Positions 35,587-44,948 of a stretch of DNA of 64,000 nt are shown here, one piece after another. Made by a program: the position numbers and the translations under genes. The notes beneath the pieces are model-generated. The model worked only from the letters and a program-made list of their open reading frames with translations, was not told the origin of the DNA and did no database searches. The stretch is taken from positions 1 to 64,000 of the IMG/VR virus record IMGVR_UViG_3300047562_003246; one strand, given 5' to 3'. How positions within the stretch are numbered: the stretch's first letter is position 1; the number at the start of each line of letters is the position of its first letter. Source of the stretch: a virus.

Positions 35587-36429
35587 ATGAGTACACAAGT
35601 ACAAGTTTTGTTGGCTATTAACGTCGATTTGGCTAGCACTGTAAACGCTCAAATCACAATCGAAGCGGAGTATGGGTCGACCACGATTAATGGCAGTCGA
35701 TACACTGCCGCCCACCATGGGGCTAACTGTGAAAATCCAGCTCCATGTTTAGATGCAGGGCTGGATGATATTGCTGAAGACGGTGACACCGTTTTGGTAA
35801 GTCATCTCGACTTAGACACGATCGGAGGGATTGCCCGAGCAATTGGTCATCCAATCGCGGATCATCAAGGTTTTTGGAAATTGTCAGCCTATGTGGATGT
35901 GAATGGTCCGCATAAGTTGGGTCAGTCCGGTGCTGAACAGGAGGATGTTGATCGATTGTATGCTTACTGGGCTTGGGCTCAGAGCAATCGTGGACCACGT
36001 CGTGAAAATGACCAGATCCACGATGTAACTTCGGAGGTGGCGACCCACCTCAATGTTATCCATGAAATTCTGCGTGGGGACGCAGGATTACTCAAGGCAG
36101 GTCAAGAGTTCAAGGAGGCGGGAGAGCGACTCAACGAAGAGTCGTTCGTAGAGGTGCACGCTGGAACGATTGTGCGGGTAGGACCCGCATTCGTGAATCA
36201 TATCTACACGACGCCTCAGGGTGAAGTGTGTAAAGCAGTCGTCAGCTTCAACACGAAAACAGGGAGTATTACCCTGTCTTTTGCGGACAAGGAAGATGGC
36301 AGAAACGCTGCGAAAATTATGCAAGAAGCATTCGGACCAGATGCCGGTGGGCACGCTGGAATCGCTGGTAGCCCTAGAGGTACCAGGATGAAATTGGCAG
36401 ATCTAGCAACGTTGCTAGCTTTGCTGTAA
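35587..36429 (+). CDS. DHH/DHHA1-like phosphoesterase
   Basis: VLVSHLDLDTIGG and C-terminal GGHAGIAG; ATG 35587 likelier than track start. Confidence 0.6.
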   Translation: MSTQVQVLLAINVDLASTVNAQITIEAEYGSTTINGSRYTAAHHGANCENPAPCLDAGLDDIAEDGDTVLVSHLDLDTIGGIARAIGHPIADHQGFWKLSAYVDVNGPHKLGQSGAEQEDVDRLYAYWAWAQSNRGPRRENDQIHDVTSEVATHLNVIHEILRGDAGLLKAGQEFKEAGERLNEESFVEVHAGTIVRVGPAFVNHIYTTPQGEVCKAVVSFNTKTGSITLSFADKEDGRNAAKIMQEAFGPDAGGHAGIAGSPRGTRMKLADLATLLALL

Positions 36430-36441
36430 TTTTTTTTTTGT

Positions 36442-36490
36442 CGGTTACTTGACTTTCAGGTCACATCGAGTTCGCGACTCGAAGTAACCG
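36442..36490 (+). ncRNA. 49-nt three-way-junction element (mini tRNA-like)
   Basis: CGGTTACT/AGTAACCG stem contiguous with TCGAG-TTCGCGA-CTCGA arm, plus one small hairpin. Confidence 0.35.
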
Positions 36491-36532
36491 TTTGTGTAAA
36501 GGTTAACTTAATTTCTTTTTGTTGAGGTTGAG

Positions 36533-36805
36533 ATGTTAGATAGAAATACTTGCGTGTTGAACAGAGGAATCTTGGCGATCAAATAATGGGATGACGCCGT
36601 ATTTAACGTAACACTTAGTTACGTTAGCAACTATATGGTTGTTATTCGGTACGAAGATAACGATGAGATTCGCGTAGTCCTATAAAAATGGGTGAGAGAT
36701 AGCCTTATTGGTATTACGAAAGATACCGAAGACTGTCTCATTGTAGGCAGTAACGGCATCACTGTTGCGATGCCGTGTACTCTGCGAACATACTTAGTTA
36801 AATAA
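36533..36805 (+). pseudogene. decayed small gene with two in-frame TAA
   Basis: GAGG RBS, ATG 36533; frame continues through TAA 36584 and a second TAA to a stop at 36805, followed by terminator. Confidence 0.35.
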
Positions 36806-36827
36806 ATTAACAAGTACGTTAATTCAT

Positions 36828-36861
36828 ATCGCACTTCAAATTTGAGGTGCGATTTTTTTTT
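36828..36861 (+). terminator. intrinsic terminator
   Basis: ATCGCACTTCAA/TTGAGGTGCGAT stem plus T9. Confidence 0.8.
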
Positions 36862-36890
36862 AACTATTACTTTTTTTTTTGAGTCGAAAA

Positions 36891-37379
36891 ATGATTTGCA
36901 GAAACACTTTAAATGATGTTGTCGGAAAATGGGCGGCTAAGAGCGTCGTATTAGCAGTATTAGCTGAGAGTGGAAAGTACGATCACACTATTAGTCTGAT
37001 CGTAAGAAGGTTCGTTCAAAAATTCGATTTGGACGGATACCAAATAACTAGTCTATCTGATGCAATCGATAAGTTATTTGAAAGACTTCAAGTTTGCTCA
37101 GATGAGCTATTAGACATCGATGTCGGACTGCGTCATCGTGTCAGACAAGACTTGCTCGAACAAGAGACTATCAACTTGTTGTTGGACGAGCCAAAATTTT
37201 TGTTGTCAGAAAATTTTGATGAATTCACGTTAAAAATCTACCAGCGATATGAATTTATACGTTGGAAGATTTACTGTTACCATCAAAGAAGGAACCCCGA
37301 TTCCAGTGAAGGGATCAAAGAACTTGTTGTAAAACTACGTCGCATAAATGAAAATATTACTCAAGTCTACGGCGGCTAA
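36891..37379 (+). CDS. hypothetical protein
   Basis: track TTG start lies in T tract; ATG 36891 likelier. Confidence 0.6.
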   Translation: MICRNTLNDVVGKWAAKSVVLAVLAESGKYDHTISLIVRRFVQKFDLDGYQITSLSDAIDKLFERLQVCSDELLDIDVGLRHRVRQDLLEQETINLLLDEPKFLLSENFDEFTLKIYQRYEFIRWKIYCYHQRRNPDSSEGIKELVVKLRRINENITQVYGG

Positions 37380-37656
37380 TTTCGAGCCGTTGTACGAAGG
37401 TCAGCTTATACCTGTGCCAGACAGTTATAAGCATTGCGTGGAAGAGTCAGAGCATGGATTCTTTATGCGGATCCAGCATGACCACTTTCTTGATAGTTCT
37501 ACGCATGGAAAGCTGCTAGTTAGGGACTTACGATATCGCGGCGCGATGTCGGCGAAAGTTAATAACTACGATAAAAACAACCCTCCAAAATTTTTGAGGG
37601 TGTTGAGGCTATCTAGATCAGGCAAGTCTGTGATTACGGAAGCTGTTACGGAGTAG
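37348..37656 (+). CDS. hypothetical protein
   Basis: 102 aa, overlaps upstream gene. Confidence 0.6.
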   Translation: MKILLKSTAANFEPLYEGQLIPVPDSYKHCVEESEHGFFMRIQHDHFLDSSTHGKLLVRDLRYRGAMSAKVNNYDKNNPPKFLRVLRLSRSGKSVITEAVTE

Positions 37657-37691
37657 TAGCTTTTTTTTTAGTATTTAATCTAGTTTGTTGA

Positions 37692-38702
37692 GTGAAAAAA
37701 AAAATGACGTACGAAAATATCATTGAAAAGTTTTTTTACGCTGAAGCTCCAAATAGAAATGTTTCGAAAAGTGTGCAGTTTGAAGCAATTTCTGACGCTA
37801 TCATTGGAACGAAACAATTACGGTACGGACCTAGGCCGTCACCTGAAGATCAGGTCGAGATTCGTAAAGTTATCCAACATGCATTGGATAAAGAGGTACC
37901 ACTGGTAATCTTTTTACCGTGGGCCTGCAGGAAACAGGACTCTAGCGACTTAGATGTGTTGGAGTTTATGGCAATTAAACAATTGCGTAATCTGCAGGAA
38001 ACGCTAAGTAGCTTCGACCTGCAAGTCACGTATCAGTTTAGGGTCGAAGATGCTAGCGATAGTGTTTTGTTTGATGACTATGATCATGAACGATCCATGA
38101 TTAGTTCGCAGACTGCAAGGTATCGCGAGACGTTCAGGCAACTAGTAAGTTGTTTGCTTCGAGCAAGCATCGTACGAACAGAGCTTCAGAAAACGACACT
38201 GAAGACTTTCGTAGAAGCAGTAGAGGATAACAAACCACTAGTCAGAGATATGCTAAGTGGTGTCTCTACTCGACAAGACTTGATTGCTTTTGCTCCAGAG
38301 CAGAAGCAATATTTCGATGATCTCTACGAAAAACTGTATCCGTCTGAGTCTTCTTCTGAGAGGCGAGAAAGGTTAGTTACTTATTTTTCTTGCGTCTTTG
38401 CAAGGAGACAACTCAACGCGGTCTGTAGGCCAGACTATCCTCACCTCTTTGCGACTTTCAGTCACCCAGTACCGGGTGACCCTGTCAGAGATAGTCGGCT
38501 TTATTACAGAACCATGCCCGAGCGAGTCACAAACACGCATCGAGCACCGTGGTTGAGTCGCGGCTATTTCTTGATCGATGATCGAGAGAATACGGCAACG
38601 CCAAGATTTAGAGATGAACTGCAGCATGATACAGAATTGCACAGAGGTGCAATTACTTATCAGAACATCGAGTTTTGTGCTGACTATTTGATCAAAGATT
38701 AG
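37692..38702 (+). CDS. Dit1/PvcA (isonitrile synthase)-like protein
   Basis: PLVIFLPWACRK, DVLEFMAIKQL, FRVEDA, TFSHP, APWL echo PvcA LPAFPCKS, DxGExLSL, ICSDG, LSIHP, TPWH in the same order. Confidence 0.5.
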   Translation: MKKKMTYENIIEKFFYAEAPNRNVSKSVQFEAISDAIIGTKQLRYGPRPSPEDQVEIRKVIQHALDKEVPLVIFLPWACRKQDSSDLDVLEFMAIKQLRNLQETLSSFDLQVTYQFRVEDASDSVLFDDYDHERSMISSQTARYRETFRQLVSCLLRASIVRTELQKTTLKTFVEAVEDNKPLVRDMLSGVSTRQDLIAFAPEQKQYFDDLYEKLYPSESSSERRERLVTYFSCVFARRQLNAVCRPDYPHLFATFSHPVPGDPVRDSRLYYRTMPERVTNTHRAPWLSRGYFLIDDRENTATPRFRDELQHDTELHRGAITYQNIEFCADYLIKD

Positions 38703-38730
38703 TTATTAGTAACTAGTCTTTGCTTTTCCT

Positions 38731-38764
38731 AAAAGCTGCGTAGATTTCTACCCAGCTTTTTTTT
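38731..38764 (+). terminator. intrinsic terminator
   Basis: AAAAGCTG.GTAGA/TCTAC.CAGCTTTT plus T tract. Confidence 0.75.
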
Positions 38765-38784
38765 AAGTATTCAAGGAGAACATT

Positions 38785-39162
38785 ATGGGTTTCACGACAT
38801 GTAACGGTTATTCTCGCAGAGACTTAATCATACACTTGATGTCTGATAGTCCGCAGGATAAGTACATCGCTATCAACAAGTACACAAGTGGTAACGACTT
38901 ATGGGTCGTCATGCAAAGGCGTGATGCGCAGGATCCTACAAACGCCGATAGATACATCAGGCTGTATAGATTACAGCGAACTAAGGATGGCTGGGGCTAC
39001 AGCGACTATGCAGAAGCAGATTGTCCTTACGTATTTAGCTGTCCGTTGATTTTTCTGGACATTACTTTTCACCAAAACACCGATTGGCGAAAAGGGGTAA
39101 GAGAGTATTGGAAAGCCCGTAAGGAAGCGATGACTACTCGTAGAAAAAGTTCGCCTAGTTGA
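38785..39162 (+). CDS. hypothetical phage/plasmid protein
   Basis: AAGGAG RBS; WGY...E...PY...CPL...L...WR pattern. Confidence 0.7.
   Translation: MGFTTCNGYSRRDLIIHLMSDSPQDKYIAINKYTSGNDLWVVMQRRDAQDPTNADRYIRLYRLQRTKDGWGYSDYAEADCPYVFSCPLIFLDITFHQNTDWRKGVREYWKARKEAMTTRRKSSPS
38926..38939 (+). repeat. dispersed 14-bp motif, copy 8 (coding, reads AQDPT)
   Basis: exact match. Confidence 0.95.
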
Positions 39163-39216
39163 CTGGCTGAGCTTGTCGTGCTTTGATGGTAGCTGTGTGT
39201 TGTTTCTTCTTGGCTT

Positions 39217-39432
39217 TTGGAGTTTGAAATGATTGCAGTACCAGTTAGCATTTCCGAAATTGTTGGTTTGACATTTGAGCAGGCTAAACAGTGGGCGACT
39301 GAGCACAGTTACAGGGTAGTTCCGTCAAGCATTGACGGAGAAGCGACTGTTCTTACGCAGGAATTCGATCCGACGCGGATACAGGTTGCTTTGGTCGATG
39401 GTAAAATCAAGGAAGTAACCAATATCGGTTAG
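39217..39432 (+). CDS. peptidase inhibitor I78/potato inhibitor I-like protein
   Basis: IVGLTFEQA...DGEATVLTQEFDPTRIQVALVDGKIKEV.IG. Confidence 0.55.
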   Translation: MEFEMIAVPVSISEIVGLTFEQAKQWATEHSYRVVPSSIDGEATVLTQEFDPTRIQVALVDGKIKEVTNIG

Positions 39433-39473
39433 TGCCTATAAAAGTTAGGCATTCCTACGGCGCTGGTGGGCCG

Positions 39474-39521
39474 AAAGAAGGACGAGTTAAGAAATACTTG
39501 TCCTTCTTTTTTTTTAGCTAT
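39474..39521 (+). terminator. intrinsic terminator followed by AGCTAT
   Basis: AAAGAAGGACGAGT/ACTTGTCCTTCTTT stem plus T9. Confidence 0.85.
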
Positions 39522-39586
39522 TAGAGCTTTTGCGTGATTTTGGTAAATTGAGTTAGGGTTTGCTTACAACACAGAAGGACTGAACA

Positions 39587-40036
39587 ATGCCAGATCCAAT
39601 CGCCATATCTGCTGACGGTACCACCGCTTCGCTTTCGCTTGATCTAATTACGCCTTACAAATTGAGCCTTCGAGGCACAACACTGGACGCAGGTATCGAA
39701 GTTGTCTTTGAATACGCAGACATTGGACAGACGAACTGGAGACCGCTTTTTGTTGGTCCTGAGGCAGATGATCCGAGAGTTAAGTTAAACAGCAAATTTC
39801 AGGATATCTTGATCAGCGGTGATTGCCTGCTCAGGGCAGTGATTACTGGTTACGGAACAAGTAACACGGTAACGTTGACTGCCAAAGCACTGCAAGAAGT
39901 TACCAATGAGCGAATTGAAACAGCGGTGCAGGAAGTGCTTGACATGCTTGGTGTACTTCGAGAGGGTGTTGAGTATGAATGGACGAACTCAGACAACAAC
40001 GCGTCGGACTTGGTGACTATTACGCGTCCTATTTAG
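39587..40036 (+). CDS. probable virion structural protein
   Basis: AAGGA RBS; beta-rich; first gene of tail/adhesin block. Confidence 0.6.
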   Translation: MPDPIAISADGTTASLSLDLITPYKLSLRGTTLDAGIEVVFEYADIGQTNWRPLFVGPEADDPRVKLNSKFQDILISGDCLLRAVITGYGTSNTVTLTAKALQEVTNERIETAVQEVLDMLGVLREGVEYEWTNSDNNASDLVTITRPI

Positions 40037-40044
40037 GATGATTT

Positions 40045-40500
40045 ATGTCGGCAGTATTTTTGTTAGCGTTCCCTGAGCAGGATAACGTCGGAGTCTTCTC
40101 CGATGCGTTTCCTGTCTCTGCGCCGCCTCCTGTGTTATTGGCTGCTGCGCTGAATATTCTGCGAGATAGGCTTGTACTGAGTTTCAGCGAAGTAGTTACA
40201 GGAAACACAGTTCCAGTGCTGACATTCTCAGGCGGCGCAGTTACGGCGACATTTGCAAACATTGTCGGAGATACGGTCAGGTTTACCTTAAGTCGCACGA
40301 TTGCCGAAAACGAAACAGGTAGTTTGACGCTCAGCGCAGGATCCTACACTTCGGCTTCTTCAGGGGAGACTAACTCGGCAGCTGCGCTTAGCATCGCAGT
40401 ACCTACGGCGAGAATGAATGCAGACAGGGGTCTGGTGAATTCTCTGTTTCGTAGCCGCATTGTTGAGAGTATTACGGGCGATATTGTAGAGCTAAACTGA
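40045..40500 (+). CDS. probable virion protein with Ig-like (SwmB-like) domain
   Basis: LVLSFSEVV...VRFTLSRTI...GSLTL. Confidence 0.5.
   Translation: MSAVFLLAFPEQDNVGVFSDAFPVSAPPPVLLAAALNILRDRLVLSFSEVVTGNTVPVLTFSGGAVTATFANIVGDTVRFTLSRTIAENETGSLTLSAGSYTSASSGETNSAAALSIAVPTARMNADRGLVNSLFRSRIVESITGDIVELN
40334..40347 (+). repeat. dispersed 14-bp motif, copy 9 (coding, reads SAGSY)
   Basis: exact match in a different frame. Confidence 0.95.
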
Positions 40501-40528
40501 AGCTACAGGCTATATTAAATGCTCTTCG

Positions 40529-40557
40529 AGGCGGCTGGTAACCTAGCCGCCTTTTTT
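40529..40557 (+). terminator. intrinsic terminator
   Basis: AGGCGGCTGG/CTAGCCGCCT stem plus T6. Confidence 0.8.
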
Positions 40558-40637
40558 GTTTGTATTCGAGTCTATCTTACGGCTTGTAGAATAGCTATAG
40601 AAGTTTGCGAACGTTAAGCCCTGAATAACAAGCATTT

Positions 40638-41267
40638 ATGAACTATACCGAGATAGCCGTAGCTTTAATAGCGATCGTAGGCAACATTATCGTTGGTTTC
40701 TTTGTTTGGATGACCCGAAGCGGCGCATCAAGAGATAGACAACTTACGAATTTTTACAATCAGCTATTGGTTGAGTGCCAGTCACTAAGAACCTGCAACA
40801 TGGAGCTGCAGAACAAGCTTGCTTCCGTATCTGTTCGCATGAATGATCTGCAAGCTCAGTTGCAATTTTACGAAGACAATACGTTACTTACAGAGTCCAG
40901 GGATATGCTTGCGAACATCTTCGAGAAGTTCGTTGACGCAGCAGCTTGGATTCATGACGTGTCGTCAAACAAGTGGTATCTCAATGAAAAATACTGCGTA
41001 ACGTTTCATGTCAAACGGGTGTCATTTTGGACTCCTGTGAACATTCTCGGTCAGTATGATGCAGCCGACGTAATCGACTACATGAAGAACGATCTGGCAG
41101 TCATCGAAACCGGCACCATGATGGAGTGTGTCGAACGAGTGCGTGTACGTATCATGGATCCGCACTGCGACGACTATATGCACTACAAGATTCGTAAGAC
41201 GCCGTTTTTCATCAACAATCGACCTTACATTGTCGGTTCAGTAGTTGCTCAGGTTCATTCACCTTAA
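40638..41267 (+). CDS. TM-coiled coil-PAS-like domain protein
   Basis: N-terminal TM, heptads, then AAWIHD...YLNEKY...NDLAVIETG...E...KTP PAS_4-like pattern. Confidence 0.5.
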   Translation: MNYTEIAVALIAIVGNIIVGFFVWMTRSGASRDRQLTNFYNQLLVECQSLRTCNMELQNKLASVSVRMNDLQAQLQFYEDNTLLTESRDMLANIFEKFVDAAAWIHDVSSNKWYLNEKYCVTFHVKRVSFWTPVNILGQYDAADVIDYMKNDLAVIETGTMMECVERVRVRIMDPHCDDYMHYKIRKTPFFINNRPYIVGSVVAQVHSP

Positions 41268-41282
41268 TTGTAAATACGAAAA

Positions 41283-43787
41283 ATGCTTACTGGTACTAAA
41301 CACTGTTCGTTGTGTACGACGATTAATTACGCGAGTTTGAAGCGTAAAATGGGAGTTGTCGTTCCTTCTAACCTTAAGCAACTCCTCTTCCACGACAACA
41401 ACGTAGCCCAACCCGCCTACTACACTCCCCAGGAACTAACAGGCAGCGGACTACCTCACGATGCGTTCCTGAAAGACTACAGCCTTGGTAAAGGCTCTCT
41501 ACGTCCTAAGCGTCAAGGGTACTGCTACAACTTCGATGGGGTGAATGACTATGTAAATCTTGGAGATGTGACTTTTCTAGACGGTTTGGCCAAGTTTTCA
41601 ATTTCTGCTTGGTTTTACTACGATGGGCAAAGCAACCAGAAAGCTATACTTTCAAAAGGTAGTTACTTTATACTAAATCAATGGTTTTTTGGTTTCACGC
41701 ATTCAGGGCAAAATAGATTTGGATATTCGGTAGGTCAAAGATACAAATATCAAAACATTACCGGTATGTCGCATGGCTGGAAACACGTTGTACTTACCTA
41801 TGACTCAGTAAATAGCTTAGATGGAATTTACATTAACAATGCAATATTATCGGGTGAAGGTATAATACAAGGAGGTAACTATCTACCAACCGTAAATAAT
41901 GGTGAAATACTATGTATCGGATCAGTAACTCAGTCCAACGGTGCTACTGTAACATCTTATTTCGACGGCAAACTCTCTGACGTTCGCATCTACAACGACG
42001 CCCTCACCCCCGACGAAGTGACTTACCTATACACTGGCGGACAATCGGGGATTAATCCTGGTAGAGCCAACCTCGTAGCTCACTATCCACTTCAAGAAGA
42101 ATCCGGCCCCAGAGCCTACGATACCAGCGGCAACGGACACCACGGCACCATCATGAACGCTACCACTTCAGGTGTTGGTAGTATCCATGTTGTCGATGAG
42201 GGTGTACCCAAGAGTTATCTGAATGATGAAGGGTACAGTGTAGCATTTACCAAAGACGATACGTTTATTACTAATGTATCTGGGATAGATAACACAATTA
42301 GTTTTAATATAAAAATCGCTGATACAGACACTGTTGGTATAGCTTTAACTAATTCAAGTATTAACGCTTTTCTATTTTGTTGGCAGCAAAATGGTACAGG
42401 GGTTGTTAATGTATCTTCAGGCTCGCCAACGGTCTTAGTTGATGGTGTTAATTTCACAGGAAATCGAGGAGATTTATTCAACATACTTGCAGATCAAGAG
42501 TTTCATGTCGTAGAAATAATGGGTGCGGATTTTACAGCAAATTGGGTTTCTGGATTGTACTTTGGAGGTTATCCATCATCGCCGTATGAGTTACTTGCTG
42601 GAACCGTAATGACCAACCTCTTAATCAACGGAGTTGCTTATTCAGGTCCAACTATCATCCCCGCAGCTTCTACTACCCAGGACGCTCTCGGTGGCACGCT
42701 CACCTACACCGGAGAAGCACCACTACCAGGACTTGCTAAAGGTTACGCTTGGCAGGGTGACGGGACTAGTATCGAGGTGGACTTGGGATCACCGATTATT
42801 CCGACAACTGCTGATTTTGAACTTGAGTTTTGGTATCAACACAAAGATACAGGAACGACAAAAAAAGGAGTTTTTCAACAGTTAAATAACCCTGACAATT
42901 GTGCAGTAATAGCTAACAACGGAATCGCTAATGCACTACAATTATATATTGACTTTGCAGATGCTACTTCTGCTGTCAATATAACCACTGCTGCCGCTGG
43001 AGCATTAGTAGAGAATGTTTGGTATCGTATAAATATTCAAAGGGAAGGTTCCGCGTTTGTACTTAGTGTGTACGAAGTTAGTGGTAGTTTGTGGTTTACC
43101 GGAACTCAAACAAGATCCATAAGTTCTGCTATATCTATTGTTTCTAACACTCGATTATTGCGGTATTTATCTGATTATGGGCCGTTTGCAGTCGGTCCAG
43201 TCTCCATAACCACCGGCGGAGTCACCACAACCTATAGTCCAGTACCAGGAACTCGCAACGTAGCAGTCACCAAGTCCGATGGAACCTACTCGGTAATCAA
43301 TAATGCAGTCGTCAACGGTACTCTAGCCAATCTCTACACACTCGGTAACGGATCATGGAGACTACCAGAGATTGAGAATGGTGCTCATTGGGATGGAACG
43401 GCTTTGTATCCTGCCTCCCCAGGAGCCGAGGTAGCGGCAAACGGTGAAGCAATCAACGTACCAGCTAACAAGCATCCTCGAAGCGTACTGGTAGATCGTA
43501 CTGGTGCTGTCATCATTCCACTTGATACAGCAATGGGTACGGATGAACTCACAGCGGAAGCGTTTGACACTAACTCACTTGTAATTACAGATATGCAAGC
43601 ATCTAAACGGTTTGCTGGGGACTATTACTCGGATCGTTACGGTGCTGCATTAGTAACAATTGATGATTTAGAATTTTTTGGTGAAAACCCAATACTTCAA
43701 TTCGCACTCGTCGATAGAGACGGAGCCTACATTTTAGACCGCGATGGTGCCTATATCATTGCCGACCCAACACCAAGGACTAGCTAA
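41283..43787 (+). CDS. LamG/concanavalin A-like domain virion protein
   Basis: FDGVNDYV, FSISAWF, WKHVVLTYD, FDGKLSDVRIYNDALTPDEV; start may be ATG 41349. Confidence 0.8.
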   Translation: MLTGTKHCSLCTTINYASLKRKMGVVVPSNLKQLLFHDNNVAQPAYYTPQELTGSGLPHDAFLKDYSLGKGSLRPKRQGYCYNFDGVNDYVNLGDVTFLDGLAKFSISAWFYYDGQSNQKAILSKGSYFILNQWFFGFTHSGQNRFGYSVGQRYKYQNITGMSHGWKHVVLTYDSVNSLDGIYINNAILSGEGIIQGGNYLPTVNNGEILCIGSVTQSNGATVTSYFDGKLSDVRIYNDALTPDEVTYLYTGGQSGINPGRANLVAHYPLQEESGPRAYDTSGNGHHGTIMNATTSGVGSIHVVDEGVPKSYLNDEGYSVAFTKDDTFITNVSGIDNTISFNIKIADTDTVGIALTNSSINAFLFCWQQNGTGVVNVSSGSPTVLVDGVNFTGNRGDLFNILADQEFHVVEIMGADFTANWVSGLYFGGYPSSPYELLAGTVMTNLLINGVAYSGPTIIPAASTTQDALGGTLTYTGEAPLPGLAKGYAWQGDGTSIEVDLGSPIIPTTADFELEFWYQHKDTGTTKKGVFQQLNNPDNCAVIANNGIANALQLYIDFADATSAVNITTAAAGALVENVWYRINIQREGSAFVLSVYEVSGSLWFTGTQTRSISSAISIVSNTRLLRYLSDYGPFAVGPVSITTGGVTTTYSPVPGTRNVAVTKSDGTYSVINNAVVNGTLANLYTLGNGSWRLPEIENGAHWDGTALYPASPGAEVAANGEAINVPANKHPRSVLVDRTGAVIIPLDTAMGTDELTAEAFDTNSLVITDMQASKRFAGDYYSDRYGAALVTIDDLEFFGENPILQFALVDRDGAYILDRDGAYIIADPTPRTS

Positions 43788-44945
43788 ATGACGACTCGAA
43801 ATATCTACGAATTGGCTCAGACGTGGAACAACGGTGCTGTTGATTTCACGGCTATCAAGATGAACGTGACCGACACGGCAAGTGCGGCAACAAGCAAGTT
43901 GTTGGATTTGCAGGTTGGTGGGAGTAGCAAGGAGTCCACGGATAAAAACGGAAACAAGACACTGGCTGGTGCTATCATATTGAAATCTGGTGCTTCAATT
44001 CCTATCACTGGTGCCAATGTTTCAATTACCGCTACTGATGCTAGAGAGTTGACATTTGGTAGGGACAGTAGTACAGCTAGAATGCTTTTTGATCTCGATG
44101 GCACAGGGGGGATCAAAATTGGGAACACGAGCTCTTATGCTTGGTCTAGCACCACGCTTTCTACTAGTGTATCCGATTTGTTTCTTGTGCGAGACGCCGC
44201 TAATATTCTTGCTCTTCGCAACTCCACAAACCCCCAAGCCTTCAACATCTACAACACGTTCACCGACGCATCGAATTATGAGCGTGGGTGCATTAAGTGG
44301 TCTAGTAATCGGTTTGAAATCAAGAGTGAAGTGTTAGGGACGGGAACAGCTCGCCCGCATAGATTTTATTTGCATTCAAATCAGGAATCTTGGATAGAGG
44401 ACACAAATGCAAGCGGTGGTGGCTACAGAATTGCTATTCGTAATAGGTATGGGCATTCATTTAATTTTGGACCTATTCTATCTTCGCCTGTACCGATTTC
44501 ACTAGGTGATGTTGCGTATGTACCTCTTATTCATTTTGGGATACGTGGTTCAAGACCAACAGGAGCATTGAACGCGAATGTTGTTGCTGGCGACCTTCAT
44601 TTGTGTGGTAAATATGGTGGAAATTATGCTATCTCTACAAGCTATCATAGAGGTACAGGTATAACAGCTTGGTGTGGATACGGAGCAACACCTACAGATA
44701 CGGATGGCGATGGAGGCGATGCTGGGAACTTTGATATTTGGTTGAATGCCGGTGGTGCAGGTAATGGTAGCGGAGACGCAGGTGCAGATGGTCGATTTCG
44801 TATCATTAACGATGATACTGACTCAGAAGTATTTGCTATAGATAAATCTGGCAACGTATATGCCGCTAATTTACCCACATCTGACCCAGCGGTGGTCGGC
44901 CAAATATGGAATGATTTAGGGACTCTCAAAATTTCAGCAGGTTAA
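43788..44945 (+). CDS. tail fibre-like protein A
   Basis: Gly/Ser/Thr-rich beta repeats; C-terminus NLPTSDPAVVGQIWNDLGTLKISAG. Confidence 0.7.
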   Translation: MTTRNIYELAQTWNNGAVDFTAIKMNVTDTASAATSKLLDLQVGGSSKESTDKNGNKTLAGAIILKSGASIPITGANVSITATDARELTFGRDSSTARMLFDLDGTGGIKIGNTSSYAWSSTTLSTSVSDLFLVRDAANILALRNSTNPQAFNIYNTFTDASNYERGCIKWSSNRFEIKSEVLGTGTARPHRFYLHSNQESWIEDTNASGGGYRIAIRNRYGHSFNFGPILSSPVPISLGDVAYVPLIHFGIRGSRPTGALNANVVAGDLHLCGKYGGNYAISTSYHRGTGITAWCGYGATPTDTDGDGGDAGNFDIWLNAGGAGNGSGDAGADGRFRIINDDTDSEVFAIDKSGNVYAANLPTSDPAVVGQIWNDLGTLKISAG

Positions 44946-44948
44946 CAA

